A program made the position numbers and the translations under genes. From Verrucomicrobiota bacterium (lineage in GTDB: Bacteria > Verrucomicrobiota > Verrucomicrobiia > Limisphaerales > AAA164-E04), in assembly GCA_047947115.1 (NCBI GenBank), contig CP170459.1, forward strand, positions 3,445,746 to 3,509,745: a stretch of DNA of 64,000 bases, written 5' to 3'. How positions within the stretch are numbered: the first letter of the stretch is position 1; each line of letters starts with the position of its first letter. This document shows positions 30,692 through 41,349 of the stretch, piece by piece. Below the pieces are notes generated by a model. That model was not told the origin of the DNA and searched no databases. It saw nothing but the letters and a program-made list of their open reading frames with translations.

Positions 30692-31693
30692 ATGGCGTTC
30701 CTTTTCAACGCGGGCCCGGCAGCGGTCCAGTCGGAATTTTATCACCAGCTTGGCACCATGTGCCAGGCTGGTCTTTCTTTGCCCCAGAGCCTTGAAGCGC
30801 TGGATCGATCGCGCGGGTTTCGGGCTTATCAAAGTCGTATCCGGGATTGGCGTCAGTCCATAGAACGGGGAGAAACGTTCAGTGAGGCAGTGGCCCATTC
30901 CAAAGGCAATGTGCCTGAGTTCGATCTGGCATTGTTATATGCCGGCGAAAACTCGGGACGATTGGACGATTGCTTTCAGTTACTTTCTGAATATTACCGA
31001 ACACGCGCTGAAAACATTCGGGAAACGAGAGGTCTGCTGGCATATCCCGCCTTGGTGGTGCACGCTGCGGCGTTCATTATTCCGTTTCCAGCTTTGTTTC
31101 AATCCGGTGATTTGGTGGCGTACGCCAAGGCTTCATTGGGTGTCTTATTGCCCATTTACATACTGTTGTTTGTGCTGTCCTGGGCATTCAACGGTACCCG
31201 CGGAAACACTGTTCGTCGTTTTGTCGAATTGATTGTCTGCATGGTGCCGCTTTTGGGTGCGGGATTGAAGGCTCTGGCGGTATCCAGATTCAGTCTGGCC
31301 CTGGAAGCATTGCTCAATGCCGGAGTGTCCATCACGCAAGCCTGGACCATCGCATCTCAGGCAAGTGGTTCACCTTCTCTTGCCTCCTGGGTGAAGTCCT
31401 TTCCTGAAGCGATGGATAGAGGGCAAACACCTTCCGAATGGATCGAGCATTGCTCCTACTTCCCGGAATTGTTCAGAATGTCCTACACCACCGGAGAGGC
31501 TTCCGGTCGTCTGGATGAGAACCTGAAACGCCTCAAGCGGATTTATGAAGAGGAAGGAAACCGCAAAATACGAACGTTTTCTCAATGGCTGCCGAGATTG
31601 ATTTATTTCGGAATCATGTTCGTTATTGCCCGTTATATCCTTTCGTTCTGGACGGGATATTATGACAACATTTTTAAATCGACTGAATTCTAA
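30692..31693 (+). CDS. Type II secretion system F (GspF/PilC) family membrane protein, orphan
   Basis: Two T2SSF-like segments (FYHQLGTMCQAGLSLPQSLEAL; FSLALEALLNAGVSITQAW) with intervening TM helices. No other secretion genes are adjacent. Confidence 0.6.
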   Translation: MAFLFNAGPAAVQSEFYHQLGTMCQAGLSLPQSLEALDRSRGFRAYQSRIRDWRQSIERGETFSEAVAHSKGNVPEFDLALLYAGENSGRLDDCFQLLSEYYRTRAENIRETRGLLAYPALVVHAAAFIIPFPALFQSGDLVAYAKASLGVLLPIYILLFVLSWAFNGTRGNTVRRFVELIVCMVPLLGAGLKALAVSRFSLALEALLNAGVSITQAWTIASQASGSPSLASWVKSFPEAMDRGQTPSEWIEHCSYFPELFRMSYTTGEASGRLDENLKRLKRIYEEEGNRKIRTFSQWLPRLIYFGIMFVIARYILSFWTGYYDNIFKSTEF

Positions 31694-31716
31694 AAAAGGA
31701 ATGACTTAAAGGGACT

Positions 31717-32868
31717 ATGTGGACGATTGAGGAAATACAGGGAGACGCATCGCTCAGGGAAAAAGAGTTTCCGGTCTGCCGCGATCAGATTTTTTTGGGA
31801 CACGCTGCTGTGTGTCCATTGCCCAGCAGGGTTGCCAATGCAATCCAACATTACGCAGGTGAATGCCAATACGGTGATCAGGAAGAAGCTGCCATGCGGT
31901 TGAATGCTGAAACCAGGGTGCTGGCCGGTAAATTATTGGGTGTTTCATCCAGAGAAGTCGCTTTGGTCGGTCCAACCAGTCTTGGGCTGAGTTTTGTGGC
32001 AACGGGTTTTCCGTGGCGCAAAAATGATCACATACTCGTGTACTTCGATGATTATCCATCCAATGTTTATCCCTGGATGGCTCTGGCGGATTGGGGTGTG
32101 GAGGTGCGTTTCTTGAATACCACCGCTCCGGGACGTATTCGCCCCATGGATGTGCTGGGACAGATTGACGAAAGCACGCGCATGGTGGCATTGGCTTCCT
32201 GTCATTTTCTCAGCGGATTCCGGATCGAGGTCGATGCCATCGGTAAACTGTTGCGTGATCGGGGGATTGCTTTTTGTCTGGATGCCATTCAGACCATCGG
32301 CGCCTTTCCTACCCCCTTGGATCATGTTGATTTCATGGCTGCGGATGCCCATAAGTGGATGCTTGGGCCTTGCGCCGCAGGCTTGTTTGTGGTGCGCCAG
32401 CACATGCAGGATGTGCTGCGACCAACGACTTTTGGTTGGCACAATGTGGCCTGTCCGGACTTCGTGGCCGCAGAAGACTTTGAATTTCAAAAAGACGCAC
32501 GCCGTTATGAAGCGGGAAGCCATAACTCCATGGGCATTGTCGGGCTGCATGCTTCTTTGAAAATGCTGAATGATCTTGGAGTGGATCAAATCGGAGCCGA
32601 TTTGCTTGCCAAACGAACATTCCTGTGTGCCGGTCTGGCTGAGAAGGGCTTTCAAGTACTTCATCCAGATCTGCCCGATGAGAACGCAAGCGGGATTGTG
32701 ACTTTCCACAAACCAGGTGAGGATATGGCTAAATTGCACCATGACCTGAAGGAGAAGCGAATTCTGACCTCGCTTCGAGTGGATCGGAAGGGACAAAAGT
32801 ATATTCGTTTGTCTCCTCACTTTTACAATACATATGGGGAGTTGGAGCAGGTGGTCGGGGCGGTGTGA
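31717..32868 (+). CDS. Class V aminotransferase (cysteine desulfurase/IscS-SufS-like fold)
   Basis: 383 aa; PLP-lysine context DFMAADAHKWMLGP; general class V pattern. Confidence 0.7.
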   Translation: MWTIEEIQGDASLREKEFPVCRDQIFLGHAAVCPLPSRVANAIQHYAGECQYGDQEEAAMRLNAETRVLAGKLLGVSSREVALVGPTSLGLSFVATGFPWRKNDHILVYFDDYPSNVYPWMALADWGVEVRFLNTTAPGRIRPMDVLGQIDESTRMVALASCHFLSGFRIEVDAIGKLLRDRGIAFCLDAIQTIGAFPTPLDHVDFMAADAHKWMLGPCAAGLFVVRQHMQDVLRPTTFGWHNVACPDFVAAEDFEFQKDARRYEAGSHNSMGIVGLHASLKMLNDLGVDQIGADLLAKRTFLCAGLAEKGFQVLHPDLPDENASGIVTFHKPGEDMAKLHHDLKEKRILTSLRVDRKGQKYIRLSPHFYNTYGELEQVVGAV

Positions 32869-32943
32869 GTCATTGTTTTCGGTCCAGATATGGGGTGTCC
32901 TCAATCTGGTGAAATCGACAACCTTTTATGGCGAATGTAAACA

Positions 32944-32975
32944 AAGCTGCCCGGTTCTTGCGAACCGGGCAGCTT
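32944..32975. terminator. Bidirectional intrinsic terminator between convergent aminotransferase and amt genes
   Basis: 14 bp perfect stem AAGCTGCCCGGTTC / GAACCGGGCAGCTT, 4 nt loop, followed on + by GCTTTCGTTTCTTTA and on - by TTGTTTAC. Confidence 0.75.
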
Positions 32976-33015
32976 GCTTTCGTTTCTTTATCTAACCAGG
33001 AATCAGAAACAAGGA

Positions 33016-34422
33016 TTAATAATCCACCGATGGCTGGAAATTTGGATATCCGGAAATTCCGTGTTCTCCCACGTCCAAGCCTTCTTCTTCTTCCTGCTCG
33101 GTTACTCGCAACCCAACAACTGCCTTCAAGATGCCGAAGACAATCAGTGAGAAAACAAAGGCAAAGGCGGAGATGGCAGCGGTCCCAATCAATTGAGTTA
33201 CGAAACTACCACCGCCAAAGATGCCGACAGCCAAAGTGCCCCAGACACCGCAAACACCGTGAACCGAAACGGCACCGACCGGATCATCGATTTTGATGCG
33301 GTCAAAAAAGATCACAGACAGAACGACGAGCACACCGGCAACCGCCCCTGTGATCACAGCAGCCCAGGGGGCGATGACATCCGCTCCGGCGGTGATTCCT
33401 ACCAGGCCGGCGAGCATGCCGTTCAATGCCATGGAAAGATCAGGTTTTTTGAGCACAACCCAGCTGAACAAAGCCGCAGCCAAACCGCCAGCACAACCGG
33501 CGAGTGCAGTGGTGACAAAAACCAGCGAGACACCGACCGGATCAGCACTCAATACCGAACCTCCGTTAAATCCGAACCATCCAAGAAACAACATGAAGAC
33601 ACCAACGGTTGCGAGGGGCATGCTGTGACCAAGAATGGGTTTGATTTGTCCGTTCACATATTTACCACGGCGTGAACCGAGCAGTAACACTGCAGCCAAG
33701 GCTGCGAATCCTCCAAAGGCGTGCACCAGGCTGGATCCGGCGAAGTCGGCGAATCCCATTTCGGACAGCCATCCACCGCCCCACTGCCATGAACCGGTGA
33801 TGGGATATCCGATGGCCACCAGGATGGTTGCTCCTATCATGAAAGATCCAAGTTTGATGCGTTCTGCAACGGCTCCGGACACGATGGTGGCAGCGGTTGC
33901 TGCGAACATTGCCTGGAAGATGAAATCAGACCAGTAGGTGTAATCTGCGTATTGGTTCGTCAAGTTGGCCACTGCGTCGGCACCTTCCGCGAATCCATTG
34001 GGTATCGGGCTGCCCATGGCAAGGAATCCAGGGATTGTCCAGGCGTCTCCCGGATACATTGAAACGAATCCCCACAAGGCATAGGTCAAGACACCCATGG
34101 AAATGATAAACACGTTTTTGAACAGGATGTTGACCGTGTTTTTCTGACGTGTCAGGCCGCTTTCCAAGGTGGCGAATCCAAGGTGCATGATGAACACCAG
34201 AGCTGCCGATATCAGGATCCATAGATTGTCCACCATGAACTTGGGATAGGCGACCGGCATGGCCTGAAATTCCTCCATGGTGGTGAACGCAGGTGCTTCC
34301 TCCTCGGCTTCTGCTGCGACTTCCTCGACGGTGGCGGCGACTTCCTCCGCCGCGATCAAATCAAATGATCCCAGGCTGGTCAGGCTGAAGATCAGGGCTA
34401 AAAATGTGAAAAGTTTTTTCAT
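33016..34422 (-). CDS. amtB: Ammonium transporter (Amt family) with signal peptide
   Basis: 468 aa, ~11 TM, characteristic segments (LWILISAALVFIMHLGFATLESG, FAGSSLVHAFGGFAALA, VHGVCGVWGTLAVGIF). Directly downstream of glnB/glnK. Confidence 0.9.
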   Translation of the reverse strand: MKKLFTFLALIFSLTSLGSFDLIAAEEVAATVEEVAAEAEEEAPAFTTMEEFQAMPVAYPKFMVDNLWILISAALVFIMHLGFATLESGLTRQKNTVNILFKNVFIISMGVLTYALWGFVSMYPGDAWTIPGFLAMGSPIPNGFAEGADAVANLTNQYADYTYWSDFIFQAMFAATAATIVSGAVAERIKLGSFMIGATILVAIGYPITGSWQWGGGWLSEMGFADFAGSSLVHAFGGFAALAAVLLLGSRRGKYVNGQIKPILGHSMPLATVGVFMLFLGWFGFNGGSVLSADPVGVSLVFVTTALAGCAGGLAAALFSWVVLKKPDLSMALNGMLAGLVGITAGADVIAPWAAVITGAVAGVLVVLSVIFFDRIKIDDPVGAVSVHGVCGVWGTLAVGIFGGGSFVTQLIGTAAISAFAFVFSLIVFGILKAVVGLRVTEQEEEEGLDVGEHGISGYPNFQPSVDY

Positions 34423-34480
34423 AGATTCTCTGTATTTGTCAGGTTTGCGGTAATTCGAAAGATGTTAGTTTGTGGTTTGA

Positions 34481-34831
<351 letters not shown>

Positions 34832-34866
34832 TTATAATGAGGTGTCATTTAAGACATCTCCCACTT

Positions 34867-34882
34867 AGCAAAGGGTGTGCCA
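34867..34882 (-). promoter_or_regulatory. Sigma-54 (RpoN) -24/-12 promoter of the glnB-amt operon
   Basis: The minus strand reads TGGCAC-ACCCT-TTGCT, an exact match to the TGGCAC-N5-TTGCW consensus, about 50 nt upstream of the glnB ATG (34819). Confidence 0.75.
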
Positions 34883-35161
34883 ACGTGTTTTTTTGTGGTG
34901 TATGTGTTTTGTAACAAATTGGAAATCAGTGTTTAAAGTGTAAGTGGTTTGTTGGGTGGCTAGAAAATGTCACTCCTGGGGTGGTTAAAAATCGACAGCC
35001 TTTGTTTTTTTATACAGCCATTCAAAGAAATCCGTTAGAGAGGCTTTTTTAAAAGAACGGTGCATGGTCAGGAGGTAGCGGCCCACGAGTTCATGGTATT
35101 GACAACCTTCCTTCTGCCGTAGTTAAGTCTTTTCATACCCCGTTCGGAGTGACCCGGATTC

Positions 35162-38104
35162 ATGATGAGACATTTGAAGTTCAGCCCCATTACATTTTTA
35201 CCGATGGTTCGTTGGTTGCAGTTGATGTTTGCCCTGGTTGCAACGGATGTCCTGATGGGGGAAGAGGGGCGCGAGTCCGGCGTGGTCAATTCTGTGAAAG
35301 TGGAGTTTTTCAAGCATGAATCACCCGGAACGAACACTTGGCCTGAAGAAAAGGTGTTTGAATTCACAGCCCCTGCGATGGCTTTTGACCGCATTCCTCA
35401 GTGCTATAATGCAAACGGCATTCGAGACGATTGGCCAAATCCTTTATGGATCAAGGCATCCTGCAGGGTCGAAATGCCCGGTGGACGACACCGGTTTTTA
35501 CTTCGATCACGACGAGCCGCACGTCTATGGGTGGATGGCGCCGTGATTGCTTCCAATCCATTTCCGCCCAACATTCGTGATGGTCAGGATCCGGTGGAAA
35601 GGCCTTGCCTGGACCTCGGTCCGAATGTCCGGTTTCCCGCTCCAGGTGATCAGGAATCGCTCATTGAGTGGGAGATCGAGGCGGGTTTCCATTTGATTCA
35701 ACTTGAATTCTGTGTGGGCGGTTACGCCGGTAAAGAAAATTTGCGTCCGGAGACGGGGGAAACTCTGGTTGCGGTAAGTTACGAGGGTGATGCGACATTT
35801 TATTTGGTTGGCTCCGGTAATGGCATTGCGCTTACTGACGAGGCATGGCGGCGTTATCACGCGCAAAGAAATGCGACTCTAGACCGAATGGATCAGGACA
35901 GGCGCCGTCAATTGGCCTCCAGCCATCAACATTATTGGAATAATAGACATGATCATGCCCGGGCAGTTTGGGCCAAGATGACGGATCAGCCCGATTTCAA
36001 CTCCCAAAGTATCGACACTTTGGTTGTCAAAAAAATACAAGAAGCCAATCGCACCCTGGCCGACGCTGGTCATGCGCCTCTGTTCAGGGACGGAATACAA
36101 AATGTTCAAAAGCTTCTATCGGATCGTTGCCTTTCTTGTCATGGTTCCAAAGCAAAGGGCGGCTTGAAACTGGATACATTGTCGAGTGCCTTGGAAGGTG
36201 GCGATTCGGGCAGGCCGGCCTTGAAACCAGGCAGGCCGGATGAAAGCCTGATGCTGCAATTGATCCAATCCGGCGACCCCGATGAACGGATGCCCCCGAA
36301 AGGAAAGGCGTTGAGTGAGCAGGAGGTCGACTTGTTGGAAGATTGGATCAGCAAAGGAGCCTCATGGTCCCAATCCATCATCAGTGAGCACGTCACTCCC
36401 ATGCCTTTGACGGATGACTGGGAGTTTTTGCGGCGGGTAAGTCTGGATGTTCTGGGGATTCCTCCCAGTGAGGAAATGATTCGGCAATTTGAAGAGGACC
36501 GGTTGCCGGGCAAGCGATTGAGATGGATCGACCGCATGTTGAGGGACCCTCTCTGGGCGGATCATTGGGTTGGGTACTGGCAGGATGTGCTTGCCGAGAA
36601 CCCGACCATTGTCAATCCAACCCTCAACAACACCGGCCCCTTTCGTTGGTGGCTTTATGAATCTTTTCTCGATAACAAATCCATGGATCGCATGGTGAGT
36701 GAATTGGTGATGATGGAAGGTTCCGTTTTTGGTGGTGGCCCGGCTGGGTTTGAATTGGCCACACAAAATGATGTTCCCATGGCAGCCAAGGCCAATATTT
36801 TGACAACTGCTTTTCTGGGGGTGGATATGAAGTGTTCCCGTTGTCATGATGCGCCCTTTCATGATCATACCCAGAAGCAATTGTTCGGCATTGCGGGCAT
36901 GCTGGCAGGGAAACCCATTACTGTCCCTGCCAGCAGCAGTGTTCCATTGGACCAACCCCATCAAACCAAACGGAATGCATTGATCCGACTGTCCGTCAAG
37001 CCAGGCGATGAGGTGTCTCCGGCTTGGGAGTGGGATCAGTGGACGCCGAAAGAGGGTGTGGAATCTTGGCTGAACAATCCCAAAGACACCCGCGAACAAC
37101 TGGCGTTTTTACTGACATCACCTCAGAACACGCGGTTCCCTCGCGTGATCGTGAACCGCCTTTGGAAACGTCTGATGGGGAGTGGAATTGTGGAGCCGGT
37201 TGACGACTGGGAACATGCGGATCCAACTCACCCCGCATTGCTGGATTATCTGGCACATTACTTTGTCCGCAACGATTACGATCTGAAGGCGGTGACCCGC
37301 TTGATTCTCAATTCCGACACCTACCAGCGCCGAACATCCCGGGAACAGGATGTGATCCGCATGTTCGGTGCTCCAGGGCCCAGGCAAATGACCGCGGAAC
37401 AAATCGTGGACACCTTGTTTGCCGTTACTGGAAAGCCAATGAATGTGGAACCCTTGACGGTTGATATAGGAGGAGGGCGATCCTGGGCCAATGCCGTTCA
37501 CCTTGGCAATCCAAGCCGCGCTTGGATGTTTGGAGGTTTGGCCAACAATCGGGACCGCCCCAGCCTGACTTTACCGCGTGTTCAAGCGGTTACTGATGTT
37601 CTGTCCGCATTCGGGTGGAGGGCATCCAGGCAGGAGCCTCTCACGGATCGAAAAACTCCACTGACTCCCCTGCAACCGGCCATTCTCAACAATGGAACGA
37701 TGATGACCTGGTTGACAAGATTGTCTGATGATCATCCGTTGACGGAAATTGCGATGCAGGTCAAGTCACCCGGCGAATTGGTCGAACGATTATACCAGCG
37801 CATTCTGAGCCGTAAGCCGGATTTGATTGAAAAGCGTGAGGGGGTGTCTGCCATTCAGGAAGGGTTTTACGATCGAATCCTGTCGCGCACCATCTCCAGG
37901 ACGGCCAGACCATCCAGACCGCCCTTGTATGTAACCTGGGCCAATCATCTTCAACCCGAAGCCACGCACATTCAGTTGGAAGCCACACTCAAAGCAAAAC
38001 AAGGAGATCCTCCCTCGCAACGTCTTGATCCTTCCTGGCGTGAGCGCATGGAGGATCTGGTGTGGAGTTTGTTGAATCTGCCTGAAACCATTTATTATCC
38101 ATGA
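35162..38104 (+). CDS. PSD1 / DUF1549-DUF1553 protein with planctomycete-type cytochrome c (CxxCH) motif
   Basis: 980 aa. CLSCHGSKAKGGLKLD heme-motif segment, DUF1549-like FLRRVSLDVLGIPPSEEMIRQF, DUF1553-like KCSRCHDAPFHDHTQKQ. The gene ends 1 nt before the DUF1501 partner. Confidence 0.8.
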   Translation: MMRHLKFSPITFLPMVRWLQLMFALVATDVLMGEEGRESGVVNSVKVEFFKHESPGTNTWPEEKVFEFTAPAMAFDRIPQCYNANGIRDDWPNPLWIKASCRVEMPGGRHRFLLRSRRAARLWVDGAVIASNPFPPNIRDGQDPVERPCLDLGPNVRFPAPGDQESLIEWEIEAGFHLIQLEFCVGGYAGKENLRPETGETLVAVSYEGDATFYLVGSGNGIALTDEAWRRYHAQRNATLDRMDQDRRRQLASSHQHYWNNRHDHARAVWAKMTDQPDFNSQSIDTLVVKKIQEANRTLADAGHAPLFRDGIQNVQKLLSDRCLSCHGSKAKGGLKLDTLSSALEGGDSGRPALKPGRPDESLMLQLIQSGDPDERMPPKGKALSEQEVDLLEDWISKGASWSQSIISEHVTPMPLTDDWEFLRRVSLDVLGIPPSEEMIRQFEEDRLPGKRLRWIDRMLRDPLWADHWVGYWQDVLAENPTIVNPTLNNTGPFRWWLYESFLDNKSMDRMVSELVMMEGSVFGGGPAGFELATQNDVPMAAKANILTTAFLGVDMKCSRCHDAPFHDHTQKQLFGIAGMLAGKPITVPASSSVPLDQPHQTKRNALIRLSVKPGDEVSPAWEWDQWTPKEGVESWLNNPKDTREQLAFLLTSPQNTRFPRVIVNRLWKRLMGSGIVEPVDDWEHADPTHPALLDYLAHYFVRNDYDLKAVTRLILNSDTYQRRTSREQDVIRMFGAPGPRQMTAEQIVDTLFAVTGKPMNVEPLTVDIGGGRSWANAVHLGNPSRAWMFGGLANNRDRPSLTLPRVQAVTDVLSAFGWRASRQEPLTDRKTPLTPLQPAILNNGTMMTWLTRLSDDHPLTEIAMQVKSPGELVERLYQRILSRKPDLIEKREGVSAIQEGFYDRILSRTISRTARPSRPPLYVTWANHLQPEATHIQLEATLKAKQGDPPSQRLDPSWRERMEDLVWSLLNLPETIYYP

Positions 38105-38105
38105 C

Positions 38106-39404
38106 ATGAAGATACCCCCGCTACCTAAGACTCTGACGCGACGTGCGTTTCTTTCCACCTTGGGAGCTGCCGGTGCGCATGTCACGATGCGTTCTGAAGT
38201 GGTTCCGGCGGGTGTGACCGCCTTTCCAAAGGGCAAGGCCAAAAGCTGCATCATGATTTGGTTGGGAGGTGGGATGAGTCAGATTGATACATTCGACCCG
38301 AAAGTGGTGGGTGAATGGACAGAGAAACGTCCCGGATCCCAATACCCTTCCATTCCGACGAGTGTGCCGGGTGTCCGGGTTTGTGAGCATTTATCCGGCT
38401 GCGCGGGTTTGATGGATCGCATGACGATTGTCCGCAGCGTGCATCATGAAGTGATTGACGAACATGGTGCCGCAGTGATTCGGGTGCACTCGGGGCGTCC
38501 CACCAGTGGAACGATTCAATATCCATCCATCGGATCCGTCATTGCGCATGAGCTGGGAAAAGCATCGGAAGATTTGCCTGCTTACGTGGTGGTTGGTTAT
38601 CCCAATATCGCACGAGATCCCGGTTTTTTGGGAGCTGAACACGGTTACCTCTATGTGACCGACACCGCCGCCGGCCCAACCGGCTTGGCAAGGCCTTCGC
38701 ATGTAAGTGATCAACGCCAGGCAAATCGTTCCGGATTGCTGGAAGGATTACGCAGAGATCGGGTCAAAGGTTATCCATGGCAGGACTACGACGGCATGGT
38801 CACGCGCAGCTTGCGATTGGCGGGTCCCAACTTCATGAACGTTTTTGATCTGGACCGTGAATCGGCCGACATGCGCCAACGTTATGGCGGTGAATTCGGT
38901 CAACGATGTTTGTTGGCACGACGATTGGTTGAACGCGGCGTTCGTTTCGTTGAAGTGTCCCACAACCTGAACTTTGTGAATGGAACCGGATGGGACACGC
39001 ATTTCGAAGGGCAACAACAGCAACACCTGCTGATTCGGGAATTGGATGGCGCGTTGTCTGCCCTGGTTTCGGATCTTGAGCAAAAAGGGAAGTTGGATGA
39101 CACACTTGTTGTCATTGGAACAGAATTTGGTCGTCCGGCCCATTTTGATTCCAAGGGAGGTAGAGGACATCATGGTCGTTGTTTCAGTCTGGTGCTGGCA
39201 GGTGGCAGTTTGAAACATCAGGGCGCATATGGTGTGACCGATGAGCTGGGAATGAAAATTGTCGATTCCCCTGTATCAATCCCCGACTTTCATGCAACCG
39301 TTTATGCTGCATTAGGAATCAATCCTGACAAGGCCTTGTATGACGGAGATCGTCCGGTCCCCATCACCGATGGAGGGATACCCATCGGTGCATTGTTCGC
39401 GTAA
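38106..39404 (+). CDS. DUF1501 (sulfatase-fold) protein with Tat-like signal
   Basis: LTRRAFLSTLGAAGA twin-arginine-like N-terminus, ...GWDTHF..., ...FGRPAHFDSKGGRGHH... Canonical partner of PSD1 proteins in PVC genomes. Confidence 0.8.
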   Translation: MKIPPLPKTLTRRAFLSTLGAAGAHVTMRSEVVPAGVTAFPKGKAKSCIMIWLGGGMSQIDTFDPKVVGEWTEKRPGSQYPSIPTSVPGVRVCEHLSGCAGLMDRMTIVRSVHHEVIDEHGAAVIRVHSGRPTSGTIQYPSIGSVIAHELGKASEDLPAYVVVGYPNIARDPGFLGAEHGYLYVTDTAAGPTGLARPSHVSDQRQANRSGLLEGLRRDRVKGYPWQDYDGMVTRSLRLAGPNFMNVFDLDRESADMRQRYGGEFGQRCLLARRLVERGVRFVEVSHNLNFVNGTGWDTHFEGQQQQHLLIRELDGALSALVSDLEQKGKLDDTLVVIGTEFGRPAHFDSKGGRGHHGRCFSLVLAGGSLKHQGAYGVTDELGMKIVDSPVSIPDFHATVYAALGINPDKALYDGDRPVPITDGGIPIGALFA

Positions 39405-39534
39405 GAGCCCAGCTCGACCAAGGCGGCACCTCAGAGCGAGAAGAACGCTTCTCTGGAGTGCTTTTGGCTCTTGAACCTACCTATCTGAAGGGACTTGTTG
39501 ATCTTTTGGCGAAATTCGGGTAGTTCATATCTTT

Positions 39535-41340
39535 ATGAATTCCCGACTCAACTTGGCGGTTATTTGTACATTATTGTCGCGATCCCTGCAACAGTTGGCG
39601 CTGCTTTGTTTTTCTCTGTTGATTGCGTGGAGCCCCTTCCTCAGCTCGGCCCAAGAGCACGTGTTGCATTCCTTCGAATCGATCCGCCTTACGGACACCT
39701 ATTTTTCGGAAGGAGCCAATGCTGGCGATCTGAATCAGGACGGACATCCTGACGTGGTGTATGGTCCATATTGGATTGAAGGTCCCGATTTTGAAAAAAA
39801 GCATGCCATATACGAAGCGGTTCCCCAACCGATGGAAGCTTATGCGGATCATTTTTTTGCATGGGTTTATGATTTCAATCGGGATGGGTGGGATGACGTG
39901 TTTGTGGTCGGATTTCCGGGCAAGCCAGCCTATGTTTATGAAAATCCAGGCAAACTTAAGCAGGATGAATACTGGCCCAAACATGAAGTTTTTGATTCAG
40001 TGGGGAATGAATCTCCCCATTTTACTCAAATCGTAGGAGATGAAGTGCCCGAGTTGATTTGCACTCATCGCGGGATTTTTGGATACGCAACATTTGATTC
40101 GAGCAAACCCTTTGAAACATGGACGTTTCATCCCATTTCAGGTCGTATCACTGCCATGCAGTTTGGGCACGGTCTGGGGGTGGGGGATGTGAACGGGGAT
40201 GGTTTGTTGGACGTGATTTACCCGGGTGGCTGGTTTCAGCAACCTTCATCGAATGACGGAGAGGGCCTTTGGACCCAACATAAAGCTTCCTTCTCAAACT
40301 CATACGGCGGGGCCGAAATGTATGCTTACGATGTCGATGGTGACGGGGACAATGACATCATCACCAGTCAGGCGGCTCACGATTTCGGGCTTGCCTGGTA
40401 TGAGCAGATAAGAGGTCCGGGTGAAGAAGTGATTTTTGAGGAACGATTGATCATGGGGTATCGCTCGGACCAGAATAAGTACGGGGTGGTGTTCAGCGAG
40501 CCGCACTCGGTAAATCTGGTGGATATGGATGGGGACGGTCTCAAGGATATTGTAACCGGAAAAACCTATTACTCACATCATGAAAAGAGTCCGCTCTGGG
40601 ATGCCGGAGCGGTTGCTTATTGGTTTCGTTTGCAGCGTACTCCTGAGGGGGTTGATTGGATACCCTACCTTGCAGCGAGCGATACGGGGATAGGAAGGCA
40701 GGTGTCGGTGTCGGATGTCAATAAGGATGGATTGCCCGATATCGTTGTGGGAGGTATGAAGGGAAGCCATGTTTTGTTACACCGTGTACGGAAGGTGGCT
40801 CCCGAAATCTGGCAGAAAGCGCAGCCGGAAGTTTATCAGTCGAAAGGCTACGTGCCGGCAGGAAGGAAGGAAGTGCCGGTCAATGCCCGGACCGGTTTGG
40901 CAGAGCACGCTTTAGAAGCGGAGTCCATTAGGATTGCCGGGCTTACCGCAGGCAAGGTTGTCATCCAGGATATGTCCAGCTTTCATGCCGACCGATGGAG
41001 CGGAGGTAAGCAGCTTTTTTGGTCCGGAGCCGAACCTAGGGCCAGGTTGCATCTGGAATTTGAGTTGGATAAGGCGGGGAATTACCAAATTGGAGCCAGC
41101 TTCACCACGGCGCGTGATTATTGTATCATCAATGTGTTGCTTGATAACAGGGCATTGACCGAACCGATTGATCTGTTCGGGTATCCCGATGTGGAAACCA
41201 CCGGGTTGCTCGAATTCGGTAGGCAGTCTCTGGAGGCCGGCAAACACCGGTTGACTTTGGAAACCATCGGCATCAATCCTGCCGCGACCAAATACTACAT
41301 GGTGGGAATGGATTTTTTAAGTTTGAAGCCAGTGGATTGA
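39535..41340 (+). CDS. Secreted FG-GAP/VCBS repeat protein with C-terminal beta-sandwich-like domain
   Basis: Repeated Ca-binding-like motifs DLNQDGHPDV, DFNRDGWDDV, DVNGDGLLDV, DVDGDGDNDI, DMDGDGLKDI, DVNKDGLPDI; signal peptide. Confidence 0.75.
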   Translation: MNSRLNLAVICTLLSRSLQQLALLCFSLLIAWSPFLSSAQEHVLHSFESIRLTDTYFSEGANAGDLNQDGHPDVVYGPYWIEGPDFEKKHAIYEAVPQPMEAYADHFFAWVYDFNRDGWDDVFVVGFPGKPAYVYENPGKLKQDEYWPKHEVFDSVGNESPHFTQIVGDEVPELICTHRGIFGYATFDSSKPFETWTFHPISGRITAMQFGHGLGVGDVNGDGLLDVIYPGGWFQQPSSNDGEGLWTQHKASFSNSYGGAEMYAYDVDGDGDNDIITSQAAHDFGLAWYEQIRGPGEEVIFEERLIMGYRSDQNKYGVVFSEPHSVNLVDMDGDGLKDIVTGKTYYSHHEKSPLWDAGAVAYWFRLQRTPEGVDWIPYLAASDTGIGRQVSVSDVNKDGLPDIVVGGMKGSHVLLHRVRKVAPEIWQKAQPEVYQSKGYVPAGRKEVPVNARTGLAEHALEAESIRIAGLTAGKVVIQDMSSFHADRWSGGKQLFWSGAEPRARLHLEFELDKAGNYQIGASFTTARDYCIINVLLDNRALTEPIDLFGYPDVETTGLLEFGRQSLEAGKHRLTLETIGINPAATKYYMVGMDFLSLKPVD

Positions 41341-41349
41341 AATTTGGTT

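Noticed and set aside
31945-32904. 319-aa minus-strand ORF antisense to the class V aminotransferase
   Set aside because: Shadow ORF. The + strand has the PLP-lysine motif and fits the operon layout.
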